Shown in pieces: positions 1-13,074 of a stretch of DNA of 64,000 bases. How positions within the stretch are numbered: position 1 is the first letter of the stretch; every line of letters starts with the position of its first letter. This DNA is from Squalus acanthias. Lineage: Eukaryota. A program made the position numbers and the translations under genes. The notes under the pieces were generated by a model. That model was not told the origin of the DNA and searched no databases. It worked only from the letters and a program-made list of their open reading frames with translations. The stretch is from assembly GCA_030390025.1 (NCBI GenBank), contig JASTWF010000036.1, forward strand, positions 3,536,001-3,600,000, written 5' to 3'.

Positions 1-283
1 CCTCATTCATAGTCAGTCAGTGAACGTTCTATCCATTTTTTTTTCTCCCTCTGTCCTCACCCTTTCCAGATTTTGAACAATAATTGGGCAACCCTGGGGT
101 ACCACTCTAGGGTACTGAGGCCAATTGTAGTGTCCCTGCCACTGCCTCAGTTGAGATTGGTCAACTCAGGGATTGAATCCAAGACCTTTTCTGGCCTGTA
201 TGGTTCAATATCCCACTAGGAAGTGCACTTGCCCACTTAGCCACCTTGGCAGCTTGATGCACCCACCTCAAAATCTATCTTAT

Positions 284-733
284 ACAAAAGCAAAATACTG
301 TGGATGCTGGAAATCTGAAATAAAAACAGAAAATGCTGGAAATACTCAGCAGGTCAGGCAGCATCTGTGGAGAGAGAAACAGAGTTAACGTTTCAGGTCG
401 ATGACCCTTCGTCAGATCTGGAATAAGCTGGAGATGGAACAGGTTTTTAAGTAAGTGCAGGGGCAGGGAAAGGGGGGAGGAAAGAACAAAAGGGAAGGTC
501 TGTGATAGGATGGAAGGCAGGAGAGATTAAGAGACAAAAGGGATGATGGTAATGGGACAAGTTAAGAAACAAAAGATGGCTTTAGAGGAAGTGTAAATGG
601 TAATGGCTGAATGATCAACAGCTGCCATGTGAGAGAGAGAAAAAAAAATAATGGAAAAAAAAAAGATGGGGCAGAGGTTATGGTCTGAAATTGTTGAACT
701 CGATGTTGAGTCCAGAAGGCTGTAAAGTGCCTA
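284..733 (-). mobile_element. Penelope-like (Neptune-type) retroelement 3' fragment with hammerhead motif
   Basis: Minus strand encodes ...GTLQPSGLNIEFNNFRP*, the same C-terminus as the GIY-YIG ORF at 47525-47854. It is followed by the same 3' UTR and the CTGACGA...GAAACGTT motif. Lies upstream of the RDH5 terminal exon, i.e. in its last intron. Confidence 0.85.
383..419 (-). ncRNA. Minimal type I hammerhead ribozyme motif (PLE-associated)
   Basis: Minus strand reads CTGACGA-A-GGGTC-ATC-GACCT-GAAA-CGTT-AACT: conserved core CUGANGA/GAAA, a stem II and a palindromic stem III. Stem I is partly mismatched. Confidence 0.65.
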
Positions 734-1056
734 TCAAAATCTATCTTACTGAGAGCGTCTCCTCTGATTGGAATTCTAAAGTCCATTGTGTTATAGTCCA
801 TCAGGAGATTGGTTAATAAAGTTTGATCTGCTTATATCATCAGAGTGACAGGTCAAACCTTTGCTGTGTGTTTTCCACCGATTCTGCCCACTTCAGGAAA
901 GAGGAAAGCACCCAACGAAAGCTCATTGGCATCACTGATCACAGCCTGTGTCGGAGCAAATTTATCTCATTGATGGCATCGTGGGGGTGGGGGGTTGGGG
1001 GTTTAAAAAGAAATGAAGAGGTATTCATATTTATGAGCGTTGGGTATTTTTAGTAA

Positions 1057-1326
<270 letters not shown>

Positions 1327-1394
1327 ATGGGAGTGGAAGTCAGTCGGCAGATGAGAATGGAGCGAAAGGACTCATCCGGTTCACAACAATTCTA

Positions 1395-1957
1395 GGGGGC
1401 TGATTTTCAGGGCTTCCACCCGGCGGGGGCAAGACCGAATATAGAAGGTCCTCACCTATTGGCCCACTCCTGATACGGCCACCATTTCTGACCCATGGTG
1501 AAAATGGGCAGCCAGAGCATCTGCCTGTTTCAGGCGGGACCCTACTTTTACTATGTGAATCAGATTCCCACTCCGGTTGTAGGACCCCGATACAATTTTC
1601 AGGTGCCAAGCGTGCGTTGCGCACACTCCGCCCATTGGTACCAGGCGTTGAGCGGTCTAACGGACCACTGCATGAATGCTCCTCCTGGCCCCACCAAACT
1701 CTTCCGGCCCTCTGCTGACCTGTCCTTGCCCCACCTTGCCTTTAACATGGAACGTCTGCCTTGAATCCATGGATGAACGGTCAGAATTTTCTGTACCGTC
1801 CCCCACCCCCTGCCACCCCATCCCAAACCAGGAAGCCACCTGTGAGCGCTAGTTCAGTAGCCCACCGGCATCATGTCTGGGGCCTCTCACTGAGGACATT
1901 GGGTGGGCAGGACAGTTCATCTCCCGCCTGATGTCAGCCCAAAGTAAAATCGCCCCC
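1395..1957. mobile_element. Non-autonomous DNA transposon (PIF/Harbinger-type MITE) in the RDH5 3' UTR
   Basis: Termini GGGGGCTGATTTT and AAAATCGCCCCC form imperfect TIRs. 3-bp TSD CTA at 1392-1394 and 1958-1960. GC-rich interior. Confidence 0.7.
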
Positions 1958-2469
1958 CTAGATGTTTAGTAGATGAAAGGATATTTGTAGTTTGATCAGG
2001 ATTTAGAAAGGCCAACTGCCCTAGATACATTGATGACTTTTACACTGGAGCCTGTGAGATGACTAATGCTGCCATCTTAAAATATGTGATTGGCGCACTG
2101 TGCCACAGGTTGGCAGACCTTGGTTTCAGTCCCTCCCTTGTCTTCATCTTAGACCTCTCTCAGATGGCAAATTGGAAATAGTAATTGGGCACTTTGGCCA
2201 CTGGGAGGAAGGTCGTTCGCTGAAAGTGGGAGGAAATAGGCAGATGTTCTCGCCTGGGTTCCACATGAGCACCTGTAAGTGACATTGGTAAGGTGTCGTC
2301 AACCACCTTTCTCTTATCTGGAGTCCAGACAACCAAGGAGTCTTTGAAGTGGAGGAAATCCATTGGAAATATGTGGAGAGTTCCCTGATGCTTTAGGAGC
2401 AGCTGAGCTAAGAACCTTGGCTGAGCAGGAAAGGGGAATCAAACTTGCTTCTGAAATGGCTGCTGGCTT

Positions 2470-2890
2470 CTTTGATAGTTCGATGCACTGTGAGATGTGG
2501 TACTGTGCCATTCAGACTAGGAAGTGCCCAGGATCGATCCCTGGGTTGTGCTGAATCAGCAGCTGGCAGCTGGGGTGATGGTAGGGGTACTACAATTGAC
2601 ATCAGCAACCCTGGGTTCGGGAGGGGGGAAATCAGCCAGCGTGTCCACTCCTGGTTGTGATCCAGTAACTCCCAGCTGAAATTGCGGGTGTGGCACTAAC
2701 ACTTGGTTGATTTGAAATCCCATGATTGAATATCCTGCCGTCACTCACTGTCTTGCCTCAGACGTGAATAATGCTGAATCTGGCAAAGTGCTGGAGGGTG
2801 CCTAGCACCTGAAGAACTCTACACCAGCAAGGAGACTATGCCTTCAGGAGAGGGTGGAATTGGTGAGGGGACGGGGGGAGGGAATGAAAT
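2470..2890 (+). mobile_element. Old tRNA-headed SINE-like repeat (unnamed family; ~12 related fragments in the window)
   Basis: B-box-like GGATCGATCCC plus shared body (tcagccagggttcctgctcctgatcgctatccagtgac...gccttcaggagaggagggg). Also seen at ~60-250, 10090-10340, 14870-15270, 22810-23040, 23900-24056+24669-24840, 28420-28620, 30810-30980, 31330-31520, 32730-32860, 39200-39540 and 48160-48250. Confidence 0.6.
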
Positions 2891-3008
2891 GCATTACCTC
2901 TGTAACTGATCACAACTTCAGCTGTGTTGTGTTATGATATCTCCTAGATTATTATGAATTGTGTTGGCTAACTATTTTATAATAGAGGTGGGAATACCTA
3001 ACTCAAGC

Positions 3009-3014
3009 AATAAA
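3009..3014 (+). terminator. Candidate RDH5 polyadenylation signal
   Basis: AATAAA ~1.7 kb downstream of the stop codon, followed by a GU/U-rich tract (cttgtttgatttg...tccttttt). Confidence 0.5.
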
Positions 3015-3231
3015 TCTTCGAACACTTGTTTGATTTGAGATCGAGTTCCTTTTTAACATAAAATTACATCGAACCTGCAGCACAGAAACAGGCAAAACTG
3101 GTCCGTGCCGGCGTTTATGCTCCACACGAGCCTCCTCCCACCCCTCTTCATCTAACCTGGATGAAGTGCAGATCGTGTCATGTGGGTTATGTCTATCATC
3201 AAATTATTGATTTGAAAATGAGTAAGTCTCT

Positions 3232-3680
3232 TCTTGGCTCAGTGGGTAGCACTCTTGCCTCTGTAGTCCAAAGGCTGTGGGTTCATAGACCCACTCCAGA
3301 GACTTGAGCACATAATCTAGGCTGACACTCCAGTGCAGTGCTGCACTGTCGGAGGTGCCGTCTTTCAGATGAGACGTTAAACCGAGGCCTTGTCTGTGTT
3401 CACAGGTGGACGTAAAAGATCCCATGGCACTATTTCGAAGAACAGTGGGGGAGTTATCCCTGGTGTCCTTGGCCAATATTTATTTCTCAACCGACATCAC
3501 TAAAAACAGATTATCAGCTCATTATCTCGTTGCTGCTTAGGGAGCTTGCTGTGTGTAAATTGACTGCTGTGTTTCCTACGTGATAACAGTGACTACACTT
3601 CAAAAACGACCTCATTGGCTGTAAAGCGCTTTGGGACGTCCGGTGGTCGTGAAAGGCGCTATAGAAATGCAAGTTCTTTC
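3232..3680 (+). mobile_element. DeuSINE (SacSINE1-like), near full length
   Basis: tRNA head (TGGCTCAGTGGGTAGC / GGTTCA), Deu-domain (gtgccgtctttc.gatgagacgttaaaccgagg...aaagatcccatggcac) and L2-like tail (aaaggcgctatagaaatgcaag). Confidence 0.85.
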
Positions 3681-4698
3681 TGGCACGGTCTCCCAGGCAC
3701 CAGCAGTCCTCCAGTGTCCCATCTACTCCCTGTTGGATTTTGCTTGTACTGCAGATGAGCTGTTTCGTTGTCCAGTTGAATGTATGCACCAGAGGGTTTG
3801 ATTTTGTCCAAGTTTGCTCTGCTGCTGGAACCTCCCCTGCCGACTGCACACAACGGAAAATTGTCAGTGTGTTTCTGGCATTTCCCAGTGTGCGTGGGCA
3901 CAATTCCCCACCAACAACACATGCCCAGAAAATCACCCTTCGGCTATTGACCTCGGCGCACTTGGGTGGCTGTCAAACTTTCTCGGGCTGGCCTTCACCA
4001 AAAATACTATCAGACTTTCACGATCCTTGAGCTAAGAATACTGTCAGTGGTAAGTTGGCAGAAAAAGGCTGTCTCCTCTTTCACTTCTCTCTCTCTCTCT
4101 ACCCCCCCCTCCCTCTATCCCTTTCCATCCCACTGTGCCACGTGTGAGATCACATAACTTGTTGAAATTCGCCACAGCAGGAATCTGGCTCCATTGCAGC
4201 CAAATGTAACTCGAAGCTGTCGGATTGTGAAACCTGGAATCTATTGGCAATTCTGCACTGGCCAACTTTTTGAAGACCGTTACTGAAGTCGAAGTGGCAA
4301 AAGGGTTGGTACAGCAATGATCTGCCTCTCCGTCTCATCAGCATGCTTTGTAAATAGGAGATACTGAGCTTGTTTGGGACAAGTCCTGAGTGGACAACAG
4401 TAGTGCACCAACTCTTGTTTTTATAATATTGAAAATTTTGCAGACTTACAATCTCATTATCCACCAGACAGTTGGACATAGGTCAAGATCTATCACTGAC
4501 GCATGAACTTTTTATTGGCTGGAGGAGTCCTCTGGGACCAAGGTTTTCATCTTGAAGTTACAGTGGATGTGTAACAGTTGGTCTACAGGAGGCACGCAAA
4601 CAGTGGAAGGGCTATTATAAACAGTAGGGTATGACGCAAACTACTGTATCACATCAAGTCTGGCTGTATTATAGCCAAGCATGTAGTCACAGGTCCAT

Positions 4699-5022
4699 CC
4701 GTCTTTCGGATGAGACGTTAAACTGAGGCCCCATTTGCTCTCTCAGGTGGACGTAAAAGATCCCATGGCACTATTTCGAAGAAGAGCAGGGGAGTTCTCC
4801 CCGGTGTCCTGAGGCCAATATTTATCCTTCAACCAACATCACTAAAACAGATTATCTGGTCATTATCACATTGCTGTTTGTGGGAGCTTGCTGTGCGCAA
4901 ATTGCCTGCTGTGTTTCCTACATTACAACAGTGACTCCACTTCAAAAGTACTTCATTGGCTGTAAAGCGCTTTGGGACGTCCTGTGGTCATGAAAGGTGC
5001 TATAGAAATGCAAGTCTTTCTT
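4699..5022 (+). mobile_element. DeuSINE, 5'-truncated
   Basis: Deu-domain and 3' tail as in 3232-3680. Confidence 0.85.
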
Positions 5023-5405
5023 TCCTGTTCAAATGTGTGCTACATTTCTTTTGAATTCATTCTGGGGATGTGGGCATCGCTGGCAAGACCAGCATTTATT
5101 GCCCATCCCAACTTGCCCTGAGAAGGTGGCGCTGAGTCTTCTCCTTAACCCGTTGCCCGCCTTGGCAGGCCATTTCTGTGGTCCGACTGCTGAAATCTGT
5201 GATGTACCATCTAGCAGTGTATTTATATCTATGCTTGTCCTTCTAACCCTCAATTCCAATCTTAGCCAGATCCTGACTGAGCTGTTTTGTTAATTGATGC
5301 AGAATCAGTTGCTTTAGCATTCCCCATATTCACAACTTTATGAGGGAAACATTCCTTCTCTCAATTCTTTCATGGCGCTTGTTAATTTTAGACAAATTCC
5401 ATTTG

Positions 5406-6320
5406 AACATAAGAACATAAGAAATAGGAGCAGGAGTCGGCCATACGGCCCCTCGAGCCTGCTCTGTCATTCAATAAGATCATGGCTGATCATCAACCTC
5501 AACTCCACTTTCCCACCCCATCTCCATATCCCTTGATTTCCCTAGAGTCCAAAAATCTATCGATCTCTGTCTTGAATATACTCAAAGACTCGGCATCCAC
5601 AGCCCTCTAGGGCAGAGAATTCCAAAGATTCACAACCCTCTGAGTGAAGAAATTCTTCCTCATCTCAGTCTTAAATGGCCGACCCCTTATCCTGAGACTA
5701 TGCCCCCTAGTTCTAGACACTCCAGCCAGGGGAAACAACCTCTCAGCATCTACCCTGTCAATCCCCCTCAGAATCTTGAATGTTTCAATGAGATCACCTC
5801 TCATTCTTCTAAACTCCAGAGAGTATAGGCCCAATCTACTCAATCTCTCATCATAGGACAGCCCTCTCATCCCAGGAATCAATCCAGTGAACCTTCGTTG
5901 CACTGCCTCCAAGGCAAGTTTATCCTTCCTTAGATAAGGAGACCAAAACTGTGCACAGTTCTCCAGGTGTGGTCTCACCAAGGCCCTGTACAATTGAAGC
6001 AAGAGTTCCTTACTCTTATACTCCAACCCCCTTGCAATAAAGGCCAACATGCCATTTGCCTTCCTTATTGCTTGCAGTACCTGCATGCTAGCTTTCTGTG
6101 TTTCTTGCACAAGGACACCCAAATCTCTCTGAACACCAACATTTGAAAGTTGCTCACCATTTTAAAAAAGATTCTGTTTTTCTATTCTTCCTACCAAAGT
6201 GAATAACCTCACATTTCCCTACATTATACTCCATCTGCCACCTTACTGCCCACTCACTTAGTCTATCTATATCCCTTTGCAGACTCTTTGTGTTCTCCTC
6301 ACAGCTTACTGTTCCACTTG
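5406..6320 (-). mobile_element. CR1 LINE 3' fragment (RT C-terminus + 3' UTR)
   Basis: ORF 5607-6122 (LYRALVRPHLE..AQFWSPY..RRMRGDLIETFK..FFTQRVVNLWNSLP) and (TTCTTATG)n tail. Confidence 0.9.
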
Positions 6321-6737
6321 CTTCCGGGGCAGTGGGTGGCACAGCGCGTTAGATAGTGACTCCTCGTGGAATTGCAGGTGGGTAGGCATCAGGTAATGAC
6401 AGTGTGGTTACCTGGCTGAGTTAGTGGAGGGGCTGGCATCATGTGCCCCAGCATGAGTTGGTGCCTTTAAGACATAACATTGGGGAGTAAATCCAAACAA
6501 CTTTGCAGGAGTGTTTAAATGAGCAATAATATTAATATTCACAAGAGGGCAGCAAATAAGCTTCTTCGCTGTTTTCTGCTGGTAGATGGTATTCATGTGA
6601 TATTTTTCTGTTTCAAAAATTGCGTGCAATAAATGCAACTGAGGTAATACTTGAGACTAAGAATCTCTGGGGAATTTGGAAGCAGGGAAAATATCGGACT
6701 TTGTTACTCCCCTGTGGCATTGTCATGACTTGTTATA

Positions 6738-7007
6738 CAACAATTTGCATTTATATAGAGCAAAACGTCCCAAGATGCTTCACAGGAGCGATTATCAGAA
6801 AATATTTGACACCGAACCACATAAGGAGATGTTAGGACAGGTGACCAAAAGCTTGGTCAAAGAGCTAGGTTTTAAGGAGCCTCTTAAAGGAGGAGAGAGA
6901 GGCGGAGAGGTTTAGGGAGGGAATTCCAGAGGTTAGGGCCGAGGCAACAGAAGGCACGGCCACCAATGGTGGAGCGATGAAAATCGGGGATGCACAAGAG
7001 GTTAGAA
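6738..7007 (-). mobile_element. L2 LINE 3' end
   Basis: Matches the 3' UTR attached to the YADDTQLY RT at 40300-41278. Confidence 0.8.
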
Positions 7008-8164
7008 CATTAAAAAAAACAATGATAAGAAGAGGCCATTTGTCTCATTGCAACTCATCTCTCTGGTACTTTAACTCTCCTATCACGGCATATAATTATG
7101 TTGAAATAACCCTGAAAATTTTTGCCTTGGTCACCTTATAGATTACTTTGAATAAAGAAAATCTTCCGAAAATGTGTTTTAAAACTACTTCTCACTACTT
7201 TAAATTCATTTCCTCTTGCTTTCTTGTCTTACTTTGAAGCAATATTCCGAGTTTACCATTTAATATTTTGGATAACTCAGTGAGGTTCCCTCTTAACCTC
7301 ATCTTGCAGAGCTTTGAGTTTTCTGACCTTTTTCCTTCACACTCAGTCTTGTTGTTCTTCTGAGCACTTTCTTCAGTGTTTGTGTATGATGTTTTGTGCC
7401 ATAGTGACCAGAATTGAACCCAGTATCCTACATCTGGTCTAACCAGTTCATTGTAAAGCCACAGTATAACCGTTGTAGACATGTGGAACCAGATTCAATA
7501 GTAACTTTCAAAAGGGAATTGGATAAATACTGGAAGGGGAAACATTTGCAGGGCTGTGGGGAAAGAGCTGGGGGGAGTGGGGCTAATTGCTCTTTCAAAG
7601 AGCTGGCACAGGCACGATGGGCCGAATGGCCTCGTTCTGTGCTGTACAATTCTATGTATTCTACTCTTCTGGCCTATGGCTCTCAAAAGTGATGAATCTA
7701 TCGTCACTCCCAGGTTCCTTTCTAAGTCCCCTCTGCCAGTTCAATCCCATCCATTGCACACTTATATGAGATGTATTCTTATGACTTGTATGTCGTACGT
7801 TACATCCATTTTGTTTGATAATCGCTCAGGTTAATGAGGTTAACCTGCCGTTTGTCTGTCCAATTGTACAGCCAGTCTAAATCATTATGTTAACCTTTTG
7901 CTGCATCCTCTGTCTCTACTGCGCTCCCTATTTTAGCAAATTTGACAAGCTTCTATCTAAGGGGTAATTTTATCAGTCCGCACTAATTGGCAAAAGAGCC
8001 AGAGGAGAGATGAGGAGAATTTTTTTTTACACAGCGAGTTGTTGTGATCTGGAACGCGCTGCCTGAAAGGGTGGTGGAAGCAGATTCAATAGTAACTTTC
8101 AAAAGGGAGTGTAATATATACTTAAAAAGGAAACATTTGCAGGGAAATGGGGAAAGGGACTAAT

Positions 8165-8750
8165 TCTGCGGCGAGTGTCTCACCTCCTGACTCCCCAAAG
8201 CCTTTCTACCATCTACAAGGCACAAGTAAGGAGTGTGCTGGAATACTCTCCACTTGCCTGGATGAGTGCAGCTCCAACAACACTCAAGAAGCTTGACACC
8301 ATCCAGGACAAAGCAGCCCGCTTGATGGGCACCCCCTCTACCACCTTAAACATCCACTCCCTCCACCACCGGCGTACCGTGGCTGCAGTGTGTACCATCT
8401 ACAAGATGCACTGCAGCAACTCGCCAAGGCTTCTTCGGCAGCACCTCCCAAACCCGCGACCTCTTCCACCTAGAAGGACAAGGGCAGCAGGCGCATGGGA
8501 ACACCATCACCTCCAAGTTCCCCTCCAAGTCACACACCATCCTGACTTAGAAGTATATCGCCGATCCTTCATCGTCGCTGGGTCAAAATCCTAGAACTCC
8601 CTCCCTATCAGCACTGTGGGAGCACCTTCACCACACGGACTGCAGCGGTTCAAGAAGGCGGCTCACCACCACCTTCTCAAGGGCAATTAGGGATGAGCAA
8701 TAAATGCTGGCCTTGCCAGCGACGCCCACATCCCATAAACGAATAAAAAC
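8165..8750 (+). mobile_element. CR1-group (Zenon-like) LINE 3' fragment inserted into a CR1 3' end
   Basis: ORF IYKAQVRSVLEYSPLAWMSAAP..LDTIQDKAARL..SLHHRRTVAA. The flanking CR1 3' end resumes across it (7985-8160 then 8760-8835). Confidence 0.8.
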
Positions 8751-9004
8751 ACATTAAAAAATTGGATAGCTCTTTCAAAGAGCCGGCACAGGCACGATGG
8801 GCCGAATGGCCTCCTTCTGTGATGTGTGATTCAATGACTGTCAAAAGCTTTCTGGACATGAATGTCTGGCGTGAATTCAAGCATTTGGTAGCCCAGTCCT
8901 GTCTTACCGCACACAATTTGCAGCAATGGTCAATGGTCAGCTATCAGCAGTGGGAATCCTATGCTGATCCCCCTCCTCCACCACTGATATGGAGCTGAAC
9001 TGCA

Positions 9005-9250
9005 CTTTAACCCTGCCCCGGCGAGCGGGGTACTCGTGCCTGATGGGAGTGGAGTGGTGGCCTCCTCCATCCCCCCGCTCCCTACCCCAATCGTATCTCT
9101 CCTGGTAGGGGGTTGTGAGTCAGGCTAACGACCTGTCAAGGTGAAAAGGGACTTTGTTACGGAAACGACCCAGAGCCCAATCTGCTGGATGTAAAGCAGT
9201 GGAAGAAACGGGTTGCCTCGCGTGCTGCCGGGCACGGATGAGAACAAGAC
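9005..9250 (+). mobile_element. Possible bipartite RTE-derived non-autonomous element
   Basis: RTE-like 5' UTR motif (ggggttg...ggctaacgacc...gtgaaaa...tgttacggaaac) joined to an RTE-like 3' end (tggaagaaacgggttgcc...ggcacggatgag). Recognised from memory only. Confidence 0.4.
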
Positions 9251-10369
9251 CTGTCACCCTGGCTGAGAGCAGCTAATTCAGCACAGACTGGGAATCAAGC
9301 CTCTTGTGTTTCATTTGGTCCCAGGTTGTGTGGGTGATGTTGGCAAGGCTGCATTTATTACACATCCCTGAGAAGGTGGTGGTGGGCCTTCCCCTTGAGC
9401 AGTTGCAGTCCGTGTGGTGATGGTGCTGCCACAATAGCGTTAGATAGGGATATTGACCCAGCGGCAATGACGGAACGATGAGATATGTTCTGGAACCTTC
9501 CTAATCGACGCCAGCTACTGAGCCATGAAAGTAGGACGTGATCATGTGGCTGTCATGACGGCTGGATGCCTCAAAGAAAAATACCGCGTAACAATTCACA
9601 ATGGATCTAATTGACTCCCTGCCCCTCTCCATTGGTTTATGTTGGCTTGCAGGGGGTGTGTATTCATGTCAATTAATTTTAAAACATATGCAACTCTTAC
9701 AGTGACCTTTATTAGAGGCTTCCTGTAAAACATGAATAAATGAACCTTCTGGTAGTGCCAACAAAATGTTTAGGTTATTCTTGTAATGAAGGTGAGACTT
9801 GTTCTATCTGTTGTTAAGTTATTGTTTCGCCCTTGTCCCCAAATTAGTCTCCCAATACCATGCGCAAAGCTTGGCTACTGGAGCAAGCAAGGCCCTGGCT
9901 CCTGGGCCTGGTAGGCTGCAGCTCATAAATTGGCCACAAGGTGGTGCAAGAGAGAGAGACTCATGGTGACACTCCGGAGGAAAGGCTTGCAATCACAAAC
10001 CCTTGACCAACCGCTCTATGGTGCTGACAGTCCATATTTGAAAATGTATTTGGCACTTTGCGAGAAGCACCCTTTAGAAATCAACCAAATTATTTTATCT
10101 CCCCCTCCTCTCCTGAAGTCACTGACTCTTGCTGGGGCCCAGTCTCAGGGACACCACCTCCCCTCACCCAAGTGGCCCTTCTTCATGTGTAAGCCTAGAG
10201 TGTAGGCAAGCTGTTTAACTATGGGGGGCATCACTGCCAAACCCAATCCTGCTCTCACTGAAGGGCCACGTGTTTTCCAGTAAGAATCACTGAAAAGCAA
10301 CCGGGAGCACAAACCCTGGCTAACTTCCCCTCTCCCTACCCCTACATGCCAACTGGCAGTGTTTTACAC

Positions 10370-11100
10370 AGGAAGATTAGGAACAGGAGGAGGCTATTCA
10401 GCCCCTCTAGCCTGTTCCACCATTCAATTAGATCATAGCTGATCTGTACCTCAACTCCTTGATACCCTTAACTCACAAAAATCTAGCGATCTCAGTCTTG
10501 AAAGCTCCAATTGACCCCCAGCATCCACAGCATTTTGGGGGAGAGAGTTCCAGATTTCCACTACCCTTTGTGTGAAAAAGTGCTTCCTGATTTCACCCCT
10601 GAACGACCTGGCTCTAATTTTAAGGTGATGCCCCCTTTGTTCTGGACTCCCCCCACCAGAGGAAATAGTTTCTCTCGACCTTATCAAATCCTTTTAACAT
10701 CTTAAACACCTCAATTAGCTCACCCCTTCATTTTCTACACTCGAGGGAACACAAGCCTAGTCTTTGCAACCTGTCCTCATAATTTAACCCTTTAAGCCCT
10801 GGTATCATTCTGGTGAATCTGCGCTGCACCCCCTCCAAGGGTATTATATCCTTCCTGAGGTGCGGTGCCCAGAACTGAACGTAGTGTCCAGATAGGGTCT
10901 GACCAGAGCTCTGTACAACTGAAGTATAACTTCCTCCACTTTGTATTTCAGCCCCCTTGAGATAAAGGCCAACATTCCATTAGTGTTTTTGTACCTGTCC
11001 ACTAGCTTGAAATGATTTGTGCACTTGGACTCCCAAATCTCTTTGCTCCTCCACAGTTTCTAGTTTCCCGCCATTTAGAAACTACTCCCCTTTCCTGAAG
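10370..11100 (-). mobile_element. CR1 LINE 3' fragment
   Basis: RKHFFTQRVVEIWNSLP and CR1 3' UTR hairpin. Confidence 0.85.
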
Positions 11101-11330
11101 ACACTGAATCCTTGCTGGAATACGGTTCCGTGGGTACTGACAATCATCTGGTCCCTCGCCCAAGTCATCATTCTTCCTGTGCAGCAGGTTATTTGACCAT
11201 GGTGAGGGGGACAGCATGACAGAGGAGGAGGGGAAAAAATTGGAGAAAGAAAATACAATCCCACCAACAATGCTACAGTTTAACAATAACCGATGGTCAG
11301 CATATTGTGAAAGTAGGGTTTATAGTCATA

Positions 11331-12226
11331 GGGGGAAAAATTCAGTATCGCCCCGTTTGCGGCGCAATTATCGGCCGGGCGCAAAGATTAGCGCCTGGCG
11401 CTAATTATCGCCTCCGACTGCAAACTTGACTTTTATCGCCCCTGGAGGTGATTGGAGCGCTAAATCAGGCGCTACACACCTGTCTTAAGGCGCAAAGGCC
11501 GAGGAGCGAGGCGCTAACTCAGAGCGCTGGCGAAGCTCATGTGATGTCAGTCAGCAATGGAACACACACACAATGGCACGGGCCAGTTCTTAAAGGGGAG
11601 GGCTGATCTTGCTTTCCATCCACATCCTGCTCATTGCAGCCTTGAATCTCGGCCTGGAGAGACCTGTACATCAAATCTGCTGGAAAGAACAATGGAGAGG
11701 CCCAGGGAAAGAGCTCAGAGTGCAGCCCCCACACTCTCTTATAAATCGATACAAGGAAGGGCAAATCAAAATGAACCTGCAAAGTGCTGCTCAGTACCCA
11801 AAACTCCTTCACACAGCGTTGAATCTCTCCAGAAGTCTCTCTCTCTCTCTCTCTCAGAATGCGTGGTTCAAAAATGTTACCAACAAAAAAAGGCAGGAAG
11901 CGGTCGCCTTTAAATAGCGCTCCCCCAGTCCCTTCCTGACTGCAAAACGCTCCCCTCAACCTGTCGTTGCTAGCGGCAGGCGGTAAGGCAGAGGGGCACC
12001 ACTCAATATCCACTCCGGGGCGCTACCGGGGCGTTGCGCACTCGAATGACGTCACAATCTGCGGGCGCAGGAGATCGTGGCGGTAGTATTTAGTGCCGCC
12101 GCAAAATGTCTAGTTAATTTCGCGAGCGGCGCAAACATCACCGCGCCCGGGCGCTAGTTGCTTTGCGCCCCATTAGCGCCCTCTTAAGGCACTAACGGGA
12201 GGCGAAACGAACTGAATTTTTCCCCC
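11331..12226. mobile_element. Harbinger-type MITE, 896 bp
   Basis: Perfect 16-bp TIRs GGGGGAAAAATTCAGT (11331-11346, 12211-12226). TSD ATA. Inserted into a CR1 tail (agtcATAgagttatacag). Confidence 0.85.
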
Positions 12227-12660
12227 ATAGAGTTATACAGCACAGAAAGAGACCCTTCGGCCCATCGTGTCCGCGCCGGCCATCAAGCCCTGTCTATTCT
12301 AATCCCATTTTCCAGCACTTGGTCCGTAGCCTTGTATGCTATGGCGTTTCAAGTGCTCATCTAAATGCTTCTTGAATGTTGTGAGGGTTCCTGCCCCTAC
12401 CACCCTTTCAGGCAGTGAGTTCCAGATTCCAACCACCTTCTGGGTGAAAAGGTTTTTCCTCAAATCCCCTCTAAACCTCCTGCCCCTTACCTTGAAACTA
12501 TGCCCCCTGGTTATTGACCCCTCTACTAAGGGGAAAAGTTCCTTTCTATCTACCCTATCTATGCCCCTCATAATTTTGTACACCTCAATCAGGTCCCCCC
12601 TCAGCCTTCTCTGCTCTAAGGAAAACAACCCCAGCCTGTCCAGTCTCTCTTCATAGCTGA
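12227..12660 (-). mobile_element. CR1 LINE 3' fragment
   Basis: SYEERLDRLGLFSLEQRRLRGDLIEVYK..WNSLPERVV. Confidence 0.9.
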
Positions 12661-13010
12661 AGCAAAAGCAAAATACTGCCGATCTGAAATTAAAAACAGA
12701 AAATGCTGGAAACACTCAGCAGGTCCGGCAGCATCTGTGGAGAGAGAAACAGAGTTAACGTTTCAGGTCTGTGACCCTTCGTCAGCCTGGAAGAAGTTCG
12801 CGATTTAACAGTTTTTAAGCAAGTACAGAGCCAGGGAAAAGGGGAGAAAAGGGGGCAGGGGGAGGATGAAGGGGAAGGTCTGTGATCAGGTGGAGGGCAG
12901 GAGAGATTAAATGACTAAAGGGATGATGGTGCGAGATGAAAGGAGATGGCAATGGGACAAGTAAAGAAACATGAGATGGGTCCAGAGGAGGTGGAAATGG
13001 TTACAGCGGA
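12661..13010 (-). mobile_element. Penelope-like 3' end with hammerhead motif (12753-12789)
   Basis: Same 3' region as 284-733. Minus strand reads CTGACGA-A-GGGTC-ACA-GACCT-GAAA-CGTT-AACT. Confidence 0.8.
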
Positions 13011-13074
13011 ACCATTTATTTTGTGAGGACAGCTTCCTGTTTTTAAGGTATTCTCTGCCTTCCTGATCTCCCAG

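Noticed and set aside
3755..4049. Exon-like segment (cag|ATG ... |gtaagt)
   Set aside because: All three frames hit stop codons before the donor and no homology was recognised. At most a non-coding exon.
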